Positions 27,770 to 37,369 of a DNA stretch of 64,000 nucleotides are shown piece after piece. The notes below the pieces were generated by a model. That model made no database searches and was not told where the DNA came from. It was given only the letters and a program-made list of their open reading frames with translations. The stretch is taken from the IMG/VR virus record IMGVR_UViG_3300045283_000116, positions 1-64,000 of that record. The stretch is one strand, 5' to 3'. This stretch comes from a virus. A program made the position numbers and the translations under genes. The stretch's first letter is position 1. Each line of letters opens with the position of its first letter.

Positions 27770-30700
27770 TCGCAGCATCAACCCCGAGACCAACGTCAAG
27801 CTCGACAAGCTCGAGTCGACCGTCTCGCGTTTGGACACCCGCCTCGGGCAGGAGGCGCAGATCGCACGGGAGAACGCGGCGAAAGTCGAACGCGCCGCTA
27901 CGCGCCGCGCTGCCGCCGCGGAGCGAGGGACTGCACCCGCGGCGGGACCGACCGAGAAGGCGACGATCGACGAGGCCACGCTGAGCACCGAGCGCCTCGT
28001 CAAGGCGCAGGCGGATGCGCTGGCCGCGGCGCGGCAACGGCTGGCGGTCGAGCAGGAGGAGGGCCGAGTCCTCGCCGCGAACGCGGCCACGATCAGCGCG
28101 CAAGCTGAACGGGTCCGCGCGGCCGCGCGCCAAGAGAGCCCGCTGCTCCAAGCTGCGACTCGAGTCCAGCGTCTCAACGATCCGGCGCTGATCCAGGCCC
28201 GTGCCGAGCAGGAGGCGGCGATCGCGGCCCGCGGCCGGGCGTACTCGTCGCAGAAACTTCTCGGCCCCGGCCCGCAGCCGACACCGCAGCTCCTCCTCGG
28301 CGCGGGTCCACAGCCACCGCCGCAACGCCTGCTCACGGCGGGCGAAGACCTGTCGAAGGTCGCCAAGGGCTACGGCGACATGGAGCACGCCCAGGCCGCC
28401 GCGGAAACCCAGACGGCTCGCTCGACCCAGACGACCAGCCTGTTCTCCCGCGAGCTACGAGAGCTCGACGCCCAGCTTGAGTACGAGGCGCGCGCCTACA
28501 ACCTCGCGGCCGACGCTGCGGCCCGGCATGGCCTGCTGACCAGCGAGACGATCGGCTACATGGCGCGCGGTCAGGTGACGGCCCGCCAGTTCGGCGCGGA
28601 GATCCTCGGCACGATTGGCAAGTTCGCGGGCTGGACGGCCGCGGCGTCCCTGACCTTCGGCGCGGTTCGCGCGCTCGGCCTGCTGGGCAAGGGCGCGGTC
28701 GACGCGGCGTCCGGTGTCGGGCTCGTCTCGCGCGTCCTGAACAACGTCGACTCGTCGAAGCTCCAGCAGAGCTTCCGGGACCTCAGCGCGCAGTTCAACG
28801 TCCCGATCGAAGACACGGTGCAGGCGGTCTACGGCTCGGCCAAGGTCTTCAACGACCAGGCCGACGCGGTGCAGGGGGCCACGGTCGCGTTGTACGCGAT
28901 GAAGGTCGGCGAGCTCACCGCCGCTCAGTCGACGCAGTACCTCAACGCGATCGTCAACGGCTTCAAGCTCACTGCCGCCGACCTGCTGCCCGTTCTCGAC
29001 TCGGTCAACAACGTGCAGAACCGTTTTGGCGGCAACCAGGGCCAGCTCATCGCGGGCGTCGCCAAGGCTGCGGGCGCGTTCCGGCTGGCGGGCGGCAACT
29101 TCCGCGACCTGATCGCCCTGATCGAGACCGGCACGAAGCTGACCGGCGCGTCCGGGGAGAACGTTGGTACGGCGATCTCGCGCGCCGCGTCGAGACAGCT
29201 CACACCGCAGGGCGCTGCGGCCCTGCGGTCGGTCGGGATCACGCCGGGCGGCGGGTTCATGGACACCCTGACGCAGGCGGTCAAGCTCGCCAAGGACGCG
29301 TCGCCGGAGCAGGTCAACGCCCTCGCGCGAGCCCTGGTCCCTTCGGGTGGTCAATTCGCCCGGTTCTTCATCCCGATCATCCAGAACCCGCAGCTCTTGC
29401 GGCGGATTCAGGGCGCGGCCGGGGAGGACCAGGCTCAGGGTTCCGCCGCTCGCGAGTTGCGCCACGCCCTCGGGCAGGTCAACGAGCAGATCAGCGCCAT
29501 CGGCCACGGGATCGAGCGACTCGGGTCGGCGTTTGCGTCGGCCGGTGGCCTCGGCGGCGTCGGACTGCTGGTTCGCGTCCTGAACCAGGGCCTCACGATG
29601 ACGACGAGCCTGGTCGAGGAGATCAGCAAGATCCCCGGCATCAAGGTCGCCCTCCCGTTCCTTGAGCTGTACGGGATCGTCAGGGCGCTCAAGTTCTTCA
29701 ACCTTGGCGGGTCGCTGCCGGGAGCCCAGCCGGGATCGCTTCGCGGCGGCATCCAGGGTCTCGTCACTGCGAGCCCGGAGCGGATTCAGAACCGGGAGAT
29801 CCTCAAGGACTTCGAGTCCGAGCGAAACCAGCTTTCCGGCGAGGCTCAGAACGCTGCGAGGGCAAGCCGCCTGGCCGCTTCGCGAGCGAAGAACCTCGCG
29901 ATCGCAGCAGAGCAGATGGCTGTCGGGACGGAGGAGCAGGAGGCGGCGGTAGAGCGCGCCAACGTCGCGTTCCGCAAGTCGACCGAGGCGGCGCTGCTCT
30001 CCGCGCAGAAGGCCGAGGAGTTCCAGGCGCTCAACGAGCGCGAGGGCATCTACCGCTCCCTCCAGAGGGGCGGGATGGCCCCCATCCCAGCGATCACCGC
30101 CGCGGGCGGCAGGTTCGGGACCGGCACCCTGGAGCACGGGGCTGGTGGCGTACCGGTCGAGTACGCACGGTCGCTCGACGCGGCGGCCGTGGCCGACCAC
30201 AGGGCCGCGGTGGAGGCGGAGGCGTCGGCGAGGACTCGGGCCACGGCGGCAGCCGATGTCGTGGCGGCCGAGGAGGTCGCAGGCGCGCGCCGGGTGGCGG
30301 TCGTGCGGGAGGGCGTCACCACCATCTCCGAGATCGAGGCGGTCGGGATGGCCGCAGTGGCGACCCGCTGGGAAGTCGGGATGGAGCGGATCACCGCGGC
30401 CACCGTTGCCGGATTCGGCGTGATGGGAGCGGCGGTGAGGGTGGGACGCGCCGTCCCCGGTGCCGTTCGCACGGGGCTCGGAGCACGGATTGGCGGGCCG
30501 GTCGAAGCGCTGTTCGTCGCCGGGATCACCAGCAAGGCGATCTACGACCACTACGACAACTACGCCAAGCAGGAAAAGAGCTTCTCGGACGCGGCGAACG
30601 CCGGGACGGTGAACCTCGAGAAGACGGTTACGCAGGGCAAGGCGATCCAGAAGCAGAACGAGGTCACGGCGACAGGGCTGCTGAGCGACGTTGCGCAGGG

Positions 30701-32783
30701 CAAGGTCGGAGACCTCTACTTCAAGGTCACGACCGGAGTCGGGAATTGGGTCAGGGACCAGCTCGGGCTTTTCAACCAGGCCAAGCAGGACCGGGAGAAC
30801 ACGGAGGCGCTCGCGTCGGAGCTTGCGCATCAGAGGCTCGCTCAGGGCACCGGCATCACGCGCACCGACCGACAGTCGCTCATCGACGAGCAGTTGAGGA
30901 ACCTCCCCGACTGGTATCGCAGCAACCCGGCGGTCCAGCGGCAGGCCGCTCAGGTGGCCGACCGGGAGATAGCGGCAGCCAAACGACGCGGGGCCGCGGG
31001 GCAGGGCACGCTCCTGACGACGAACCAGATCGACCGGGGGCTCAGGCAGCGACTCGCCGACGCCACGAGCGACAAGGAACGCTTCGACGCCTACGACAAG
31101 GCGTCGAGCGACTTGAGCAACTCCTACGCCACGATCTTCGGCGGGAGGCAGGCCAAGGCGGCGTCGGCTGCCGAGCGGTCCAAGGTCGTCGCAGGCCGGG
31201 CGCTCCTGTCCGCCCAGACGGGCGACTGGACCGCGCTCCAGAAGGCACTTGCGGACGGCTCGATCTCCCTCGACGGCTACGCCCAGGCGATCACCGACAC
31301 GATCGCCCAGACGGGCGTCACGGGCGTCACGGTCAAGAGGGCGCAGTACGGGATCGAGCAGGCCCTCACGAACCTCGGCAAGGCGGCGTTGCTGGGTCCC
31401 GCGGGTCAGGGCGACGCGACGAAAGCGCTCAAGCAGATCAAGGACATCCAGGACTCGATCACCGGACCTGCCCAGCAGAACTTCCAGACCGCGTTGTCTC
31501 TCGCGCAGACCCCGCAGCAGGACGAGGCGGCTCGCCAGACCTACCTGGATCAGGCCCCCCGCTTCATCATGGGGGTCTTCAACAGGAGGATTCGCGCCGC
31601 GCTGGCCGACATCGCGCGACTCCAGCTTCTCCCTCGCACGACCGCCAATCTGCAAGCGCTCCGCGAGGACAGGTCGACCCTCGCGCAGACCCGCCAGCAG
31701 AGGGGCCTGTACCAGCCGACGTTCGACGCGACGGTCCTACAACAGAGCCAGCAGCATCTCGAGCAGAGCGTCTTCCCGCTGATCGACTCGAGGGCCGCGC
31801 TCGCCGAGGCCAGAACCTCAGACCCGACCGAGAAGATGCGGATCGCGCTGGAGGCAATCAACCACAAGATCCGCGACATGGTGAAGGCGCACCTGACGCA
31901 CACCAAGGAGTTCATCGACCTCCAGACCGCGGCCGCCACGGCGTTGCAGAACGTCGCCGACAACGCCGTGCAGCAGTACGACGACCAGGCCGCGGTCGCC
32001 GACTCGGCCGCGGGGATCGGAGCGACCCAGGCCCAGAAGCTCACGACGGCGCTCAACCGCTCGATCGACCGGCTCGCATTCCTGCGCAGCCACCACGCCT
32101 CCGCACACGACATCTCCCAGCAGATCGTCGCGGTCAACAACAACCGCGCGGCGTGGCAGGACTACCTGACCGGCCAGGCCCAGGCGTACGTCCGGGCGTC
32201 GGCCAATCTCGCGGCGAGCGGCACCACAGACCCGGTGAAGCTCGCAGATATCAACTTGAGGCGCGACATCCAGTTGAGCAAGTACGCGCAGACCCCGGCC
32301 GAGAAGATCGACGCGCTCGCCACGGTCCGTAGCGACCGGCAAGCTCGGCGTCAGGCGGGCTGGCAGGACCGGCTGGACACGATCAACTTCAACCTCGACA
32401 TGGGCCGGATCAGCAAGGACATCGCCGCCACGGAGATCGAGGCGCTGGCCCGGAGGGTCAAGAACAACAAGGCGTACAAGAACCAGCTCCTGCTGCAAGC
32501 GCACGAGCTCCGCGCGTCCCAGGCTGACGCCAGCAACTACGAGCTCAACGTCGGCAACATCAAGTTCCCGACCGCGTACGAGGTCATGCGCGGCATCGGG
32601 CAGGCCAACAAGGCTTCGTCGCGGACGCTGAGCACCGGCAACGTTCATGCGACTGCAAACGCAACTATCAACGTCAACGTGGCGAACAGGGGCGACGTGG
32701 GCGCGGTCTCCGACGCGATCGACACGGTTCTGTCGACTCACGTCCGATCCACGCTGCGGGCGAAGGGAGTGCTTGGCGGATGA
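27762..32783 (+). CDS. Tape measure protein
   Basis: 1,673 aa, Ala-rich helical; TMP core with GASGENVGTAISR. Confidence 0.92.
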   Translation: MADRSINPETNVKLDKLESTVSRLDTRLGQEAQIARENAAKVERAATRRAAAAERGTAPAAGPTEKATIDEATLSTERLVKAQADALAAARQRLAVEQEEGRVLAANAATISAQAERVRAAARQESPLLQAATRVQRLNDPALIQARAEQEAAIAARGRAYSSQKLLGPGPQPTPQLLLGAGPQPPPQRLLTAGEDLSKVAKGYGDMEHAQAAAETQTARSTQTTSLFSRELRELDAQLEYEARAYNLAADAAARHGLLTSETIGYMARGQVTARQFGAEILGTIGKFAGWTAAASLTFGAVRALGLLGKGAVDAASGVGLVSRVLNNVDSSKLQQSFRDLSAQFNVPIEDTVQAVYGSAKVFNDQADAVQGATVALYAMKVGELTAAQSTQYLNAIVNGFKLTAADLLPVLDSVNNVQNRFGGNQGQLIAGVAKAAGAFRLAGGNFRDLIALIETGTKLTGASGENVGTAISRAASRQLTPQGAAALRSVGITPGGGFMDTLTQAVKLAKDASPEQVNALARALVPSGGQFARFFIPIIQNPQLLRRIQGAAGEDQAQGSAARELRHALGQVNEQISAIGHGIERLGSAFASAGGLGGVGLLVRVLNQGLTMTTSLVEEISKIPGIKVALPFLELYGIVRALKFFNLGGSLPGAQPGSLRGGIQGLVTASPERIQNREILKDFESERNQLSGEAQNAARASRLAASRAKNLAIAAEQMAVGTEEQEAAVERANVAFRKSTEAALLSAQKAEEFQALNEREGIYRSLQRGGMAPIPAITAAGGRFGTGTLEHGAGGVPVEYARSLDAAAVADHRAAVEAEASARTRATAAADVVAAEEVAGARRVAVVREGVTTISEIEAVGMAAVATRWEVGMERITAATVAGFGVMGAAVRVGRAVPGAVRTGLGARIGGPVEALFVAGITSKAIYDHYDNYAKQEKSFSDAANAGTVNLEKTVTQGKAIQKQNEVTATGLLSDVAQGKVGDLYFKVTTGVGNWVRDQLGLFNQAKQDRENTEALASELAHQRLAQGTGITRTDRQSLIDEQLRNLPDWYRSNPAVQRQAAQVADREIAAAKRRGAAGQGTLLTTNQIDRGLRQRLADATSDKERFDAYDKASSDLSNSYATIFGGRQAKAASAAERSKVVAGRALLSAQTGDWTALQKALADGSISLDGYAQAITDTIAQTGVTGVTVKRAQYGIEQALTNLGKAALLGPAGQGDATKALKQIKDIQDSITGPAQQNFQTALSLAQTPQQDEAARQTYLDQAPRFIMGVFNRRIRAALADIARLQLLPRTTANLQALREDRSTLAQTRQQRGLYQPTFDATVLQQSQQHLEQSVFPLIDSRAALAEARTSDPTEKMRIALEAINHKIRDMVKAHLTHTKEFIDLQTAAATALQNVADNAVQQYDDQAAVADSAAGIGATQAQKLTTALNRSIDRLAFLRSHHASAHDISQQIVAVNNNRAAWQDYLTGQAQAYVRASANLAASGTTDPVKLADINLRRDIQLSKYAQTPAEKIDALATVRSDRQARRQAGWQDRLDTINFNLDMGRISKDIAATEIEALARRVKNNKAYKNQLLLQAHELRASQADASNYELNVGNIKFPTAYEVMRGIGQANKASSRTLSTGNVHATANATINVNVANRGDVGAVSDAIDTVLSTHVRSTLRAKGVLGG

Positions 32784-33223
32784 CCGTGGTGCACAACGTC
32801 TTCACGAACCCGGCGACCGGCGACCAGTTCACGTGGCCGATCAACCACGACACCGAGGACATGGGCGGGCGCTCGCGGCAGATCACCTACAGCGGCAACA
32901 CGAAGCAGGTCGGCCTGGTCCGCCAGCAGGGCGACAGTATCCCGATGCAGTTCAAGTACAGCGGAACGTTTTTCGATCAGGCGTCAATCCAGCGCATGTT
33001 CGACTTCTACAACCTCGGCCGCAGCCAGACGATCTACTTCACGGACTTCTCCGGGGCGATGTACGAAGTGCTCATCACGGAGTTCACGCCGGTCCGCAAG
33101 CGCACGGTGCGCAACAGCCGGGACTTCGCGCACGCCCCGACGTGGTACTGGACCTACACGATCACGATGGACGTGGTCACCGTTCTCGCTGGCTACCTGC
33201 TGGGCCACGTCGTCGACGCATGA
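32780..33223 (+). CDS. Distal tail (Dit-like) protein
   Basis: Directly after TMP, beta-rich. Confidence 0.6.
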   Translation: MTVVHNVFTNPATGDQFTWPINHDTEDMGGRSRQITYSGNTKQVGLVRQQGDSIPMQFKYSGTFFDQASIQRMFDFYNLGRSQTIYFTDFSGAMYEVLITEFTPVRKRTVRNSRDFAHAPTWYWTYTITMDVVTVLAGYLLGHVVDA

Positions 33224-35616
33224 GCCCTCGTCCACTCGGCGCACGCGGTGTCAAGGACGTACCGAAGCTCCGCGCCGCGCAGTTCCTCCAGCCGCCGAGC
33301 GCGGAGGCGGGTCCGGAGGGCAGCACCGGCTCTCGCGGCACAGCACCGATCGACACGATCAACCACTTCGCCGGGATCGGCTTCGACACGGTCAGCAACC
33401 AGGTCTACGGGACCTGCTGCCCCACGGGTATCGGCAACTTGATCCGCCTGACCTCGGGCTACTACACCGACCGGCAGATCCAGCCGTCGTCCGATGATGT
33501 CTACGACCTGTACCGGCGCGCGGGCAATCCGGGCTTCGTGCCGGGCGTGTCGGTCCAGGACGGCCCGGACGACCAGGGGTGCTATATCCAGGACGCCCTC
33601 GACGAGGTCCGCATCAACGGGATGGGGGCGGGCAAGTACGGCCGGGTCTACGCCCTCGCGCACGCCACGGTCGACCACACGAATGAGGCGGAGCTCAAGC
33701 AGGCCATGCAGATTTTCGGCGGCCTGCTCTACCAGACGGAGATTTCGGCGGCCCAGGACGCGGCCTACGAGGTCGTCTACGCGGAGGCCACGGCCGGAAT
33801 CCCGGTCGACCTCAAGGACCCTGACACGTGGTGGGACGGGTTCTCGGGGGAGGACCGTGGCGCTCATGTGACGGTGGCCGGAGCCTACGAGCCGACCGAG
33901 ATGCAGGACATCATCACCTGGGGCTATCGCATCCCGACGACCCGCAACTACCGGCAGGTCAATGCGGGGCGTCTCCAGGAGGTCTGGATCGTCATCTGGC
34001 CGTGGACGCTGGAGCACCCGAACTTCCAGGAGGGCGTCGACTACGACGCGCTCCAGACCGCCTACCACGCCCTGACGGGCGGCAACCTGCCGCCGCAGCC
34101 GACCCCGACCTCGATCGCGGGGCGCTGGAAGTCCGGCAAGCACGTCGGGGCTGCCAAGCCGCGCGCGAATGTGATGGTCCGCCGCGGCCATTACCACCGC
34201 CGCTACTCGGCCGACGGCGTGTGGCAGGCCGTCTGGGTCGCGGACTCCGACTGGATGGTCATCCCGAACATCACGCAGATCACGCTCGAGTCGAGCTTCG
34301 ACAGCAACGGCGTGACGGTGGCGACCGTCCAGATGGACAACGTCGGCTACATCAATGCCGTGGGCGCTCTCGGCGATCCGTTCCACAAGATCGAGCGCGG
34401 CTGGTTCTCGCCGCTGCGGGCGTACAAGGCTCCGGGCCGTCCGAGCCTCTTTCACGAGCCGAACGAGTGGGACCGGCTGCTCACCGACTCGGTGGAGATC
34501 CACATCTCGCAGGGCTACGGGGACCAGATCGTCCCGACCTTCTCCGGGCTCATCGACTCGGCCACCGTCGGCGACCTGCCCGACCAGATCACGCTGTCAT
34601 GTCGCGACTTCGGTCTGAACCTCGTCGACAGCAAGCTGTTCGGCTGGAACATCGACCCCGACAAGCGTGATCCGGTGACGTTCTACGACCGCGGTCAGGT
34701 CCAGCAGCGCCTCGACTCCAAGGTCAAGGCCACGCGGGACGAGGGGGCTCTCCAGCAGAAGAAGGGCGTCCTCATCGACGACCTGTCCGACATGGTGAAG
34801 ATCGCCTGCCGATGGGGCGGCTGGAACGTCAACAACATGCGCATCGACCCGACCGGAAACCTCGGGCCGCACGGACTCAAGGCACAGGGAATCGTGTTCG
34901 ACGTGCAGAGCACGCTCATGGACATCATCAAGAAGGCGTGCGATCTGACCGGCTTCATCTTCTACATCGAGCCCGCGAGCGGCGCGCATCCCAACGGCCG
35001 CCCGGTGTTCAAGCAGTCCGAGGCCGCGGGCCAGAACCCGCCGATCTTCACGGAGATCCGCGACGACCAACTCCTGACTGGAGTCCAGTACCAGACGGAC
35101 AACACGCAGAAGGCGAGCATCATCCGGGTCCGCGGCAAGCTCCCGAAGAACGGTCGCGGGGGTCTCAAGCTCGGCGGCGACCAGACCCTCGGGATCACCG
35201 GGCTCTACCGCCCGCCGTGGCACAAGACCATCTACCTGACGGGGACCGACCGCGACGCGCGCGTCCTGCGCCACGAGATCCACCAGGAGCCGCTGTTCAC
35301 CACGCAGCACGAATGCGACCTGGCCGCTCAGTTGATCGCCTTCCGGCAGGCCCTCGCTGCCACCACGGCCACCGTCGAGATCCCGGCCTACCCGTACTTC
35401 TACCTCGACCGGGTCCTGACGCTCATGGATCGTCCGTCCGGGATCAATTCCCGCATGTGGCTGGCGCACATCACGAGCACGCAGACGTTGGGTCAGAACG
35501 GCACCTACAAGATGTCGCTCGGCGTGGCGCTGCTCGACAACCCGGACGTGTCGGAGGTCGTCAAGGATCTGATCGTCACGTGGGCCGAGCCGAACCTCGG
35601 GATTACGGGGTGGTGA
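33220..35616 (+). CDS. Tail hub/Tal-like protein with N-terminal papain-like (C1) peptidase domain
   Basis: NQVYGTCC, GCYIQDAL, GAHVTVAGAY, IITWG; then FSGLIDS...ITLSCRDFG hub motifs. Confidence 0.75.
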   Translation: MSPRPLGARGVKDVPKLRAAQFLQPPSAEAGPEGSTGSRGTAPIDTINHFAGIGFDTVSNQVYGTCCPTGIGNLIRLTSGYYTDRQIQPSSDDVYDLYRRAGNPGFVPGVSVQDGPDDQGCYIQDALDEVRINGMGAGKYGRVYALAHATVDHTNEAELKQAMQIFGGLLYQTEISAAQDAAYEVVYAEATAGIPVDLKDPDTWWDGFSGEDRGAHVTVAGAYEPTEMQDIITWGYRIPTTRNYRQVNAGRLQEVWIVIWPWTLEHPNFQEGVDYDALQTAYHALTGGNLPPQPTPTSIAGRWKSGKHVGAAKPRANVMVRRGHYHRRYSADGVWQAVWVADSDWMVIPNITQITLESSFDSNGVTVATVQMDNVGYINAVGALGDPFHKIERGWFSPLRAYKAPGRPSLFHEPNEWDRLLTDSVEIHISQGYGDQIVPTFSGLIDSATVGDLPDQITLSCRDFGLNLVDSKLFGWNIDPDKRDPVTFYDRGQVQQRLDSKVKATRDEGALQQKKGVLIDDLSDMVKIACRWGGWNVNNMRIDPTGNLGPHGLKAQGIVFDVQSTLMDIIKKACDLTGFIFYIEPASGAHPNGRPVFKQSEAAGQNPPIFTEIRDDQLLTGVQYQTDNTQKASIIRVRGKLPKNGRGGLKLGGDQTLGITGLYRPPWHKTIYLTGTDRDARVLRHEIHQEPLFTTQHECDLAAQLIAFRQALAATTATVEIPAYPYFYLDRVLTLMDRPSGINSRMWLAHITSTQTLGQNGTYKMSLGVALLDNPDVSEVVKDLIVTWAEPNLGITGW

Positions 35617-36143
35617 TGAGCGACCAGGCCACATCCGTCCCGACCCATGCGCTTCACCGTTCGATCGGGACGCTGGCGCACGGTATCGCCCAGGAGATCC
35701 TCAATACCGAGCGCAGTCGGCAGTGGGGCGCGCTGCGCGAGTGCGTGGAGCAATTCCAGATTTCAGTCTCGGGAACCGCCTCGGACTACCCCGGCTGGCT
35801 GGAGCTCGAGCTCAAGTTCACGCAGCACTTCGTGACGGTGACCGGCAACCGGATGTCCGATCTCGAGCGGCCGCACTTCTACTACGGCTTCGAGCTTGTC
35901 ACCGGCCAGTCCCAGAACGCGATCGTGATCGAGAACACGCCGGGCGGCGTGACCCGCTCGGACCCGGTGATGTTCTGCGCCGTCGTCACCGAATGGGTCA
36001 TCAGCGACGCCTCGATGGTGACCGGAGCCAAGCTCAAGCTCGGTGCCATCGCGCCGGGGGACACGGTCGTCTTCGACGGCTTCGTGCACGTCTCGTTCCA
36101 GGGGCTCGGGGCGACCTACCAAGACGAGGACACCCAGGAGTAG
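35616..36143 (+). CDS. Minor tail protein
   Basis: TGATG overlap, tail module. Confidence 0.65.
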   Translation: MSDQATSVPTHALHRSIGTLAHGIAQEILNTERSRQWGALRECVEQFQISVSGTASDYPGWLELELKFTQHFVTVTGNRMSDLERPHFYYGFELVTGQSQNAIVIENTPGGVTRSDPVMFCAVVTEWVISDASMVTGAKLKLGAIAPGDTVVFDGFVHVSFQGLGATYQDEDTQE

Positions 36144-36145
36144 AC

Positions 36146-37369
36146 ATGGAGCAGACGATCTTCGCCGGACTGTCGACGCTGGAACCGGGCGACGCCCTGT
36201 ACGACAACGGCGCGGCGTTCACGGACCGCAACATCCGCACGATCGACAGCCTGCTCCAGCTCGGGACGGTCACGCACGTCCACGACGCCCACGCACCGCT
36301 TCCTGCGCCTACCGTCGCACCTTCGGTCGTGGCGAACGCGACGGGCGGCCAGATCCCGGCGAACACCACGGTCTACTTCGGGCTGACCGCGGTGGATGCC
36401 TACGGCGGCGAGACGAACATCGGGCCGCTCGGCAGCGCTGCGACGCCGGGGGGCTTCGGGACGCCGACGATCGCCCCGTCCGCGGTTGCGAGCTACAGCG
36501 GCGGCAACCTGCCGATCGCGCAGTATTACTACGCCGTCACGCTCGCCGACGGGATGGGCGGCGAGACGGAGACCGGGCCGTACACGAGCCTGTCGCGCGA
36601 CCCCGGCTACGCCAGCGGCCAGATCATCCTCAGCGGCCTGACGACGATTCTGCACTCGGAGGCGCTGGCGACCGGCTGGCGCGTCTACCGGTCCGTCAAC
36701 GGCGGGCAGTTCGCCTTCCTCGCCTCGGGTGCGGCGGGGCAGGACACGGTCACCGACGACGGGAACCTGTGCGCCGACTGCACGCAAGCGCCGCCCACGG
36801 TGAGCACCACCGCCTCGACGGCGTCGATCGCGGTCACCGTGCCTCCGCTGGGCTCCGGGGCGTCCTCGTGGAGGCTGTACGGCGGGGTGTCGCCACCGTT
36901 CGGCTCGCCGTCGCTGGTCGGCACGGGCCTGGGCTCGGGTGGTGTCGGGTTCACCGTGACCACGTTGGGATTCCAGTCGGGATCTCCGCCGCCGGTCAGC
37001 CTGTCGAAGCCGGGCGCGAACAAGATCAACCCGGCGACCGACATGCTCCCCGCGGCGTCGGGTGCGATCACGCTGGGCGCTGGCTGCTCGGCGTATGGCA
37101 CCGGCTATGCCGCGCCTCGAGTCTCACGAATGGCGCAGGATCTCCGGGTTCTGGAGGGCGTCGTCGCCGGACCGGGGACGGCCGGGAGCACGCTGGTGAC
37201 CCTTGCCCCCGCGGATCGCCCGACTGCAATCCACGCTTTCAGCGTCGCGTCGCTCACTACGCCACGCAGCCAGGTCGGTGTCGACGTGATGCCGGACGGC
37301 CGAGTGGTGCTCGTCAACGCTGCGACCGCGGCCGTGTCCCTCGACGGGATCGCGTTCAGGGTGACGTAG
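36146..37369 (+). CDS. Short tail fibre / receptor-binding protein
   Basis: YYYAVT..DGMGGET repeats; C-terminal TLAPADRPT...VMPDGRV...VSLDGIAF fibre tip. Confidence 0.75.
   Translation: MEQTIFAGLSTLEPGDALYDNGAAFTDRNIRTIDSLLQLGTVTHVHDAHAPLPAPTVAPSVVANATGGQIPANTTVYFGLTAVDAYGGETNIGPLGSAATPGGFGTPTIAPSAVASYSGGNLPIAQYYYAVTLADGMGGETETGPYTSLSRDPGYASGQIILSGLTTILHSEALATGWRVYRSVNGGQFAFLASGAAGQDTVTDDGNLCADCTQAPPTVSTTASTASIAVTVPPLGSGASSWRLYGGVSPPFGSPSLVGTGLGSGGVGFTVTTLGFQSGSPPPVSLSKPGANKINPATDMLPAASGAITLGAGCSAYGTGYAAPRVSRMAQDLRVLEGVVAGPGTAGSTLVTLAPADRPTAIHAFSVASLTTPRSQVGVDVMPDGRVVLVNAATAAVSLDGIAFRVT

Noticed and set aside
28455-31655. 1,066-aa minus-strand ORF, and similar ones at 37124-39850, 23852-26191 and 50000-51991
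   Set aside because: Antisense shadows of GC3-rich plus-strand genes, with no motifs or RBS
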